From Pseudomonadota bacterium (lineage in GTDB: Bacteria > Bdellovibrionota > Bdellovibrionia > Bdellovibrionales > Bdellovibrionaceae): a stretch of 60,519 nt of DNA. A program made the position numbers and the translations under genes. Location: contig JBEGVH010000019.1 in assembly GCA_041178425.1 (NCBI GenBank), forward strand, positions 1 through 60,519, in the 5' to 3' direction. This document shows positions 55,068 through 60,519 of the stretch, one piece after another. Under the pieces are notes generated by a model, which did not search any database, was not told the origin of the DNA, and saw only the letters and a list, made by a program, of their open reading frames with translations. Positions within the stretch are counted from its first letter, which is position 1. Every line of letters starts with the position of its first letter.

Positions 55068-56756
55068 ATGCAAAACAAAAATTCACACCAAAATAAAACA
55101 CGATTGAGAGGGGTATGGAAGTACACCCTCTCTTTGTGCTTTCTTGGGTTTAGTATTTTTGCATTTTCTGCCGAACCAAGCTCGTCGAACAGCCAGAGTA
55201 AAACCAAATCAGAAACCTCTCGAAGACTTACCGAGTTCGAATGGGATCCAATTCCCAAAGCAAAATCTTATGAAATTGAACTTCGTCCTATGACAAAGTC
55301 GGGAGAAAAAAAGGATCCATTTCGTTTCAAGGTGCAAGAAACGCGCTGGAAAGGCGAGTTAAAACCCGGTGAATACAAAATGCGACTCCGCTCCCTCGAC
55401 CGTCGAGGAGTTCCAGGAGAGTGGAGCGCTGCTGAAAATTTTTATGTGAAACTTTATGCTCCTCAAGTAGTAAGCCCCTCCTCGAACGAAATCATTACGA
55501 CCGACGAAAATGAAACCTTCGATCTTCCTCTAGAGTGGTTGCCGCAATCAGAGGCTTCTATTTTTAAAGTTCATATTGAGGACGAAGGAAAAACTTTTAC
55601 TAAAGATTTTGATGTTCAAGAAAATAAAAGTAAAGTACCCGTTCCCGTGGCTCGAAGATTTAAATGGTCGATCATCGGTTTCGATAAACTCGGCAAAGAG
55701 GGTGAACTTTTTGGTGAACCAATTTTATTTACTGTTCTTGGTAAACAACTGGATACGCCCACAATTACTAAACCTAAAAATGCTTTTGTCAGACAACTCG
55801 AATGGGGCCCCGTGAATTATGCCGAAAATTATTCCTACGAGCTCTACTCGCGAGGGCCTGGCCGAAAATGGCAAAGTGTTATAAAAGAAGACAACGTTAG
55901 TAAAACCCAAATACCTTTTCCACAAGAATGGAAAGGCGGAGAGTACAAACTGTCTGTGAGCGCCCATGGCAAACTAAGAACATCTTCAAAAACGAAATCC
56001 CTTATTTTTAAAGTTTTTGCTGGGGATCGATCCCGAGAGTCAGAAGTACGCAATGGCCTCCGAGCCTCCATCGAAAGAACCAACGAGTGGTACGGCATTG
56101 CCAGTTACCTAATTACCCAAATTCAGTACTCCGCCATCAACTACGATAAAGGCTCTACGCCCAGCTTTCTTGCCATCGGCGGAACGGGCCGGCTCGGAGC
56201 AGGATACCTTGAACGCGAAAGGCCGTGGGGGTTTCTTGGCATTCTAGATCTGAGCGGCTTTACCATCGGTGAGAAAAACTACACCTACCCCAGCCTCGAA
56301 TTGCATGGCATTTTTAGAAAAGCCTCGAACGAGCTGGGTGAACTCAGGGTCTCCTCTGGAATTTACTACAAGGAACTTCCGGAAATTCTGGGATATGCCG
56401 ATACAGGAATTTTTAGCTTAAGCCAACTCTCGGCGCTTGGTGCCCATGCTGGCGGCGAGTACTGGTACTCATTGAGTGAGAAGCTCGGCGTCCAATTCAA
56501 CGCACGCGTTTACTTTCCAATCACAGGAAAAACGCCGACCGGAGCTAAGCTCCTTCCCTCACAGAGTTTGCAGGTAGGTTTTTTAGGAAGCCTCCGATTA
56601 AACAAACGGGCCACCGGACTGATGGGCTACGCCTATCGCGATGACAAAATAGAATACAAAGTGACTAACGATAGAGCCTTAAATGCCGGCTACACCGTGA
56701 ATCACAGCTCAGTGGTGGGGCACTATTTAAATTTTTTATTAGAATGGGATTTTTAG
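55068..56756 (+). CDS. Outer-membrane protein: FN3-like repeats plus C-terminal beta-barrel
   Basis: Signal peptide, FN3-like motifs, alternating beta strands and terminal LEWDF. Confidence 0.72.
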   Translation: MQNKNSHQNKTRLRGVWKYTLSLCFLGFSIFAFSAEPSSSNSQSKTKSETSRRLTEFEWDPIPKAKSYEIELRPMTKSGEKKDPFRFKVQETRWKGELKPGEYKMRLRSLDRRGVPGEWSAAENFYVKLYAPQVVSPSSNEIITTDENETFDLPLEWLPQSEASIFKVHIEDEGKTFTKDFDVQENKSKVPVPVARRFKWSIIGFDKLGKEGELFGEPILFTVLGKQLDTPTITKPKNAFVRQLEWGPVNYAENYSYELYSRGPGRKWQSVIKEDNVSKTQIPFPQEWKGGEYKLSVSAHGKLRTSSKTKSLIFKVFAGDRSRESEVRNGLRASIERTNEWYGIASYLITQIQYSAINYDKGSTPSFLAIGGTGRLGAGYLERERPWGFLGILDLSGFTIGEKNYTYPSLELHGIFRKASNELGELRVSSGIYYKELPEILGYADTGIFSLSQLSALGAHAGGEYWYSLSEKLGVQFNARVYFPITGKTPTGAKLLPSQSLQVGFLGSLRLNKRATGLMGYAYRDDKIEYKVTNDRALNAGYTVNHSSVVGHYLNFLLEWDF

Positions 56757-56765
56757 GGAGACACT

Positions 56766-58592
56766 ATGAGATTACCCATATTTGTAAAAACAAATGTAAT
56801 AACAATTCTTTTGTTGATCATCGCGGCGGTGCCAATCACCATTTGGTCTACCAACGAATTTGAAAAGACCTCTCGTTATCAAGAAGAAGATATCAATCTT
56901 CAACTCGCTTTTTCAAAAGCCAATGAGCTCAATTATATTCTCGAAAACTCCACCGAAAAGGCTCGAAATATAGGAACTCTGGTGCTCAATGCAATGGGCG
57001 AAACCTCCCCCGAATCAGAAGAAAAACTAATCGATGCCTTTAAACAGAACAAAGACATCTTCGCCCTCGATGTTTATGCCGTAGAATCCCAAAACAAGAT
57101 AAAACTCTTAAAGAGACTCACTGACGAAGATAAATTCGTCGCTTATAAATTCGATTCTTCCTACATTTCTCAATTGCGAAAGACGCAGAGCTTTCCTATT
57201 CAGGGCGTCACGCAAAATAAAGCGATCATCCAAAATTCAAGTGTTGCCAAAGGAATTCCTCTATTTACGGTCGGAGTGCCCTTGGCAAAAGACGAATCAG
57301 GAAAGGTCTCGCACATTGTAATCGCAGACTACAGTTTGGCACGCCTTCAAAAGTCGTTCGCAGCCAATGGGTATCGCACCTTTTTTCTGATCGATGAAAA
57401 AGGCACAGCCCTCGCCCACCAAACTGATAACCTCGCTGTGAATCGACGCAATTTAAAAACCCATCCGGTTGTTACCATGGCTCTTGCGAGCAAAGAACCC
57501 AACGGTCAAACTCGCTACTACGATTCTTCTCATAAAACTCATTTTTATGGAACTTTTGTGAGAGCCACTATGGATACAATCATCGTTAGCTCAGTTTCAG
57601 AAGATGTCATTCTTCTACCAGCAAGAAAAGTCCGCCATGCCGCCTTTTTATTCTTAGGATTTCTGATCTCCTTCTCATTTTTGGGAGTTTTTATCTTTAC
57701 AATGACAATCACCAATCCAATTGAAAAACTCGCAAGCCTCATTAAAGTGGTGGCCAAGGGAAATTTTGGAGTTTCAGCAAAGCGGGTCATCACCTCCCAA
57801 GATGAAGTGGGCGATTTAGCCAAAGCCTTCGATAAAATGACGGAAGGCCTTAAGGAGCGAGACAAAGTAAAAACTCTGTTTTCTAAATTCCATGGCTCTT
57901 CAATCGCTGAAGATCTAATGAATAAAAAAGTTGGCGTGGGCGGTTCCAACAAAGAAGTGACGGTCTTTTTTAGTGATATTAGGGGCTTCACCTCTTTCTC
58001 TGAAAATCGTTCCCCCGAAGAAGTGGTAAGTATGCTGAACGAATATTTTGCGATCATGGTTCGGATCATTCAGCAACATCATGGCATTGTGGATAAATTT
58101 ATCGGAGATGCTATTATGGCCGTTTGGGGTGCTCCGAAGGGCTCGAATCGTGACGCTCAGAACGCCGTTCGCGCTTGTTTAGAAATGCGCAAGGCCCTCA
58201 ATGAACTCAATCAAAAACGAATACGGAGAGATCAGCCCCCGATTCTTATCGGCATGGGTTTACATACCGGCCAAGCAATTTCTGGAACAATTGGCTCTGA
58301 TGAACGGATGGAGTACACGGTCATTGGGGATACAGTGAATCTAACGTCTCGAATCGAGAGTTCAACGAAATCTTTTGGTACGGATCTTCTGATCAGTGAA
58401 GAAACAGCCCGGTTGGTAGATCAGGAGTTTGCACTCGTGCATGCAGGTTCAGTCGAAGTAAAAGGCAAAGCTGAACCGATTGAGCTCTATCACGTCATCG
58501 GCCTAAAATCGGCAGACGGAGAAGTGACTGAAATTCAAACTCCCTACTCAAATTATGAAGCCGAATCCTCCGAAAAAGTGAGGGTCGCATAG
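56766..58592 (+). CDS. Class III adenylate cyclase with Cache-like and HAMP domains
   Basis: Two TMs, DEVGDLAKAF HAMP, FSDIRGFT, DKFIGDA and YTVIGDTVNLTSR motifs. Confidence 0.93.
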   Translation: MRLPIFVKTNVITILLLIIAAVPITIWSTNEFEKTSRYQEEDINLQLAFSKANELNYILENSTEKARNIGTLVLNAMGETSPESEEKLIDAFKQNKDIFALDVYAVESQNKIKLLKRLTDEDKFVAYKFDSSYISQLRKTQSFPIQGVTQNKAIIQNSSVAKGIPLFTVGVPLAKDESGKVSHIVIADYSLARLQKSFAANGYRTFFLIDEKGTALAHQTDNLAVNRRNLKTHPVVTMALASKEPNGQTRYYDSSHKTHFYGTFVRATMDTIIVSSVSEDVILLPARKVRHAAFLFLGFLISFSFLGVFIFTMTITNPIEKLASLIKVVAKGNFGVSAKRVITSQDEVGDLAKAFDKMTEGLKERDKVKTLFSKFHGSSIAEDLMNKKVGVGGSNKEVTVFFSDIRGFTSFSENRSPEEVVSMLNEYFAIMVRIIQQHHGIVDKFIGDAIMAVWGAPKGSNRDAQNAVRACLEMRKALNELNQKRIRRDQPPILIGMGLHTGQAISGTIGSDERMEYTVIGDTVNLTSRIESSTKSFGTDLLISEETARLVDQEFALVHAGSVEVKGKAEPIELYHVIGLKSADGEVTEIQTPYSNYEAESSEKVRVA

Positions 58593-58593
58593 A

Positions 58594-59067
58594 CTACTGA
58601 TAGGGCTCGATATAGACGGCCTCAAAAGAATAAGAGACATCGCCGTACATGGTTCGCTGAGTTTTAATCTTCAAAGTACCATGAATCCATATGGGACCGT
58701 AGGCAACATCGGTTCCCTCTTTTACATCAACCAGGAGCATTTGATTTGGCGGAGGTGGGGGTACGTGAATACAAGCCTGCGGTGTTGGCACGAGCAAAAA
58801 TTGGGTTACTTTTTTCTGATTATCCTCAAGCGGAACCATAAACCCCGGCACCTTCACTGTTTGACCGTCGTATTTTTTAAGTTTTTCGGGAATCACGCCA
58901 GTCACGTAATCCATTTCACCGAGCAAGTTCCAATCGAGCTCTACCTTAGCTGTTGTTTTTCCACCCGAAATTATTTTTGGCACCAAGTACCCCAATACCA
59001 AAAAACCAACGACAAGGCCGAGAAACAGAAATCCCCATTTTGCTTTATTTGATTGAGCTATGCTCAC
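58594..59067 (-). CDS. DUF3299-like protein
   Basis: PGFMVPL...FLLVP...CIHVPPPPPNQ motif. Confidence 0.85.
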   Translation of the reverse strand: MSIAQSNKAKWGFLFLGLVVGFLVLGYLVPKIISGGKTTAKVELDWNLLGEMDYVTGVIPEKLKKYDGQTVKVPGFMVPLEDNQKKVTQFLLVPTPQACIHVPPPPPNQMLLVDVKEGTDVAYGPIWIHGTLKIKTQRTMYGDVSYSFEAVYIEPYQ

Positions 59068-59149
59068 TGTCTCGCCCCCTAATATTTATGCATGAAGTCT
59101 GGACAACTCTATTGTTGAACTCCTCATTCAATAAATCTAGATTGAATGC

Positions 59150-60409
59150 ATGACAACAAATCTTCAAGCGGTGCGCGGCACCCGAGACATACTACCCGAT
59201 GATTGTGACCGATTTCGCTATATAAACTCTGTGGCTTATGAACAAGCTAAGCGTTATGGCTTTGGCGAAATCATGACTCCTATGTTCGAATTTACCGATG
59301 TTTTTCAGAGAACCCTCGGCGACACCTCTGACATTGTGAACAAAGAAATGTACACTTTCACCGATCGTGGTGGTGACTCACTGACCCTGAGACCCGAGGG
59401 AACTGCCGGAATCGCAAGAAGTTTTATCTCTGAAGGAATGGCTCAGAGCATACCGGTTCGTCTTTATTACTGTGGCCCCATGTTTAGATATGAGCGCCCC
59501 CAAAAAGGCCGCTACCGCCAATTTCATCAAATTGGAGTTGAGTGCCTTGGCATCAACTCTCCGATTGCCGACATTGAGTGTCTGGCTCTGAGTCGCGATA
59601 TACTCTTTGCGCTCAATCTGGGTGAAAAAGTTCAACTCGAATTAAATACTTTGGGAGATCTGGCCTCTCGCCAAATCTACCGCGAGAAATTAGTCGATTA
59701 TTTTTCGAAGTTTAAGAATGACCTTTCTAAAGATTCTCAAGAGCGCTTAGAAAAAAATCCTTTAAGAATTCTCGATTCTAAAGATGAAAAAGACCAAAAG
59801 CTGTTCTCAGACGCCCCTGCTCTTGCTGATTGCCTCACAGATGAAGCCCGACAATTTTTTGATCGAGTCGAGTTGGGACTTCAGCAATTAGGCATCACTT
59901 ACATCAAAAATCCACGTCTGGTTAGAGGACTTGATTACTATTGCCACACCGTCTTCGAATGGACAACGAACCTTCTCGGCGCTCAAAGTGCCGTATTAGC
60001 GGGTGGTCGTTACGACGGACTTATACAATCTATGGGTGGACCGATCACTCCAGGGGTTGGCTGGGCCTCCGGCCTAGAAAGACTCTCGCTTTTGCTCGAT
60101 GAAAATGCGATTAAATCCGCCAATGCCTCTAAGGTGGCGGTTATCGTAGCCGAAGATGTCGCAGAACCAAAGGCCCTTCAGTTAAGCCATCAGTTGCGCC
60201 AAAATGGTTACCAAGTTGAAATGCCAATTTCTGGCAATATGGGAAAAAAGTTCAAGCGCGCCGACAAGCTCAACTGTAAGTGGGCTATCATCTTGGGTTC
60301 CAATGAAATAAATCAAAAATGTTTAACAATTAAAAACCTTTCAGAGGGAACTCAGGACACAATTCCTGAAGATCAGCTCTGGCAGCGGTTTCCGGTTAAA
60401 ATAACTTAA
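59150..60409 (+). CDS. hisS: Histidine--tRNA ligase
   Basis: LRPEGTA, FRYERPQKGRYRQF, RGLDYY and GGRYDGL motifs. Confidence 0.97.
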   Translation: MTTNLQAVRGTRDILPDDCDRFRYINSVAYEQAKRYGFGEIMTPMFEFTDVFQRTLGDTSDIVNKEMYTFTDRGGDSLTLRPEGTAGIARSFISEGMAQSIPVRLYYCGPMFRYERPQKGRYRQFHQIGVECLGINSPIADIECLALSRDILFALNLGEKVQLELNTLGDLASRQIYREKLVDYFSKFKNDLSKDSQERLEKNPLRILDSKDEKDQKLFSDAPALADCLTDEARQFFDRVELGLQQLGITYIKNPRLVRGLDYYCHTVFEWTTNLLGAQSAVLAGGRYDGLIQSMGGPITPGVGWASGLERLSLLLDENAIKSANASKVAVIVAEDVAEPKALQLSHQLRQNGYQVEMPISGNMGKKFKRADKLNCKWAIILGSNEINQKCLTIKNLSEGTQDTIPEDQLWQRFPVKIT

Positions 60410-60519
60410 CAAAATTTAAATAGCCAAAATCCCTTCAGGCCGTTAGCTTCCGAATCCGATTAATAGACAATAAATTCTATTGAGCGGTAAAGAACTAGGT
60501 CTGAGAGGGATTTAGAAGT

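Overview
Bacterial chromosomal window, probably Bdellovibrionota (inferred from gene content, an RxPAS-type secreted protein and the dual-receiver hybrid kinase). Bases ~840-39543 form a complete ~38.7 kb integrative conjugative element (ICE) inserted at the 3' end of tRNA-His(GUG). It is bounded by a 13-bp direct repeat and has TGTCATCA arm-type repeats at both ends. The ICE has three modules. (1) A leftward excision/transfer operon: VirB2-3-4-5-6-8-9-10-like genes, an FtsK-type coupling ATPase, a replication-relaxation protein, a TraV-like lipoprotein, xis and a tyrosine integrase, headed by a sigma-54 -24/-12 promoter with a 15-bp inverted-repeat enhancer. (2) A divergent operon: NtrC-type sigma-54 activator, stand-alone His-box protein, CFA-family methyltransferase, two hot-dog thioesterases and a 7TM-DISM hybrid kinase. 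This is the best candidate for an undescribed system, namely fatty-acid-signal quorum control of conjugation. (3) Defence cargo: HTH, HNH, complete class I DISARM, and a coupled SIR2 plus large helical partner. Left of the ICE are higA and a truncated higB. Right of it is core chromosome: queF, trmH, acyl-CoA dehydrogenase, cinA-like, yihY, S1 protein, iscS/iscA, ferredoxin, an RNase Y lacking its catalytic residues, ygfA, greB, a FecR/barrel/adenylate cyclase trio and hisS. All family calls come from motif recognition by eye; no database searches were run.
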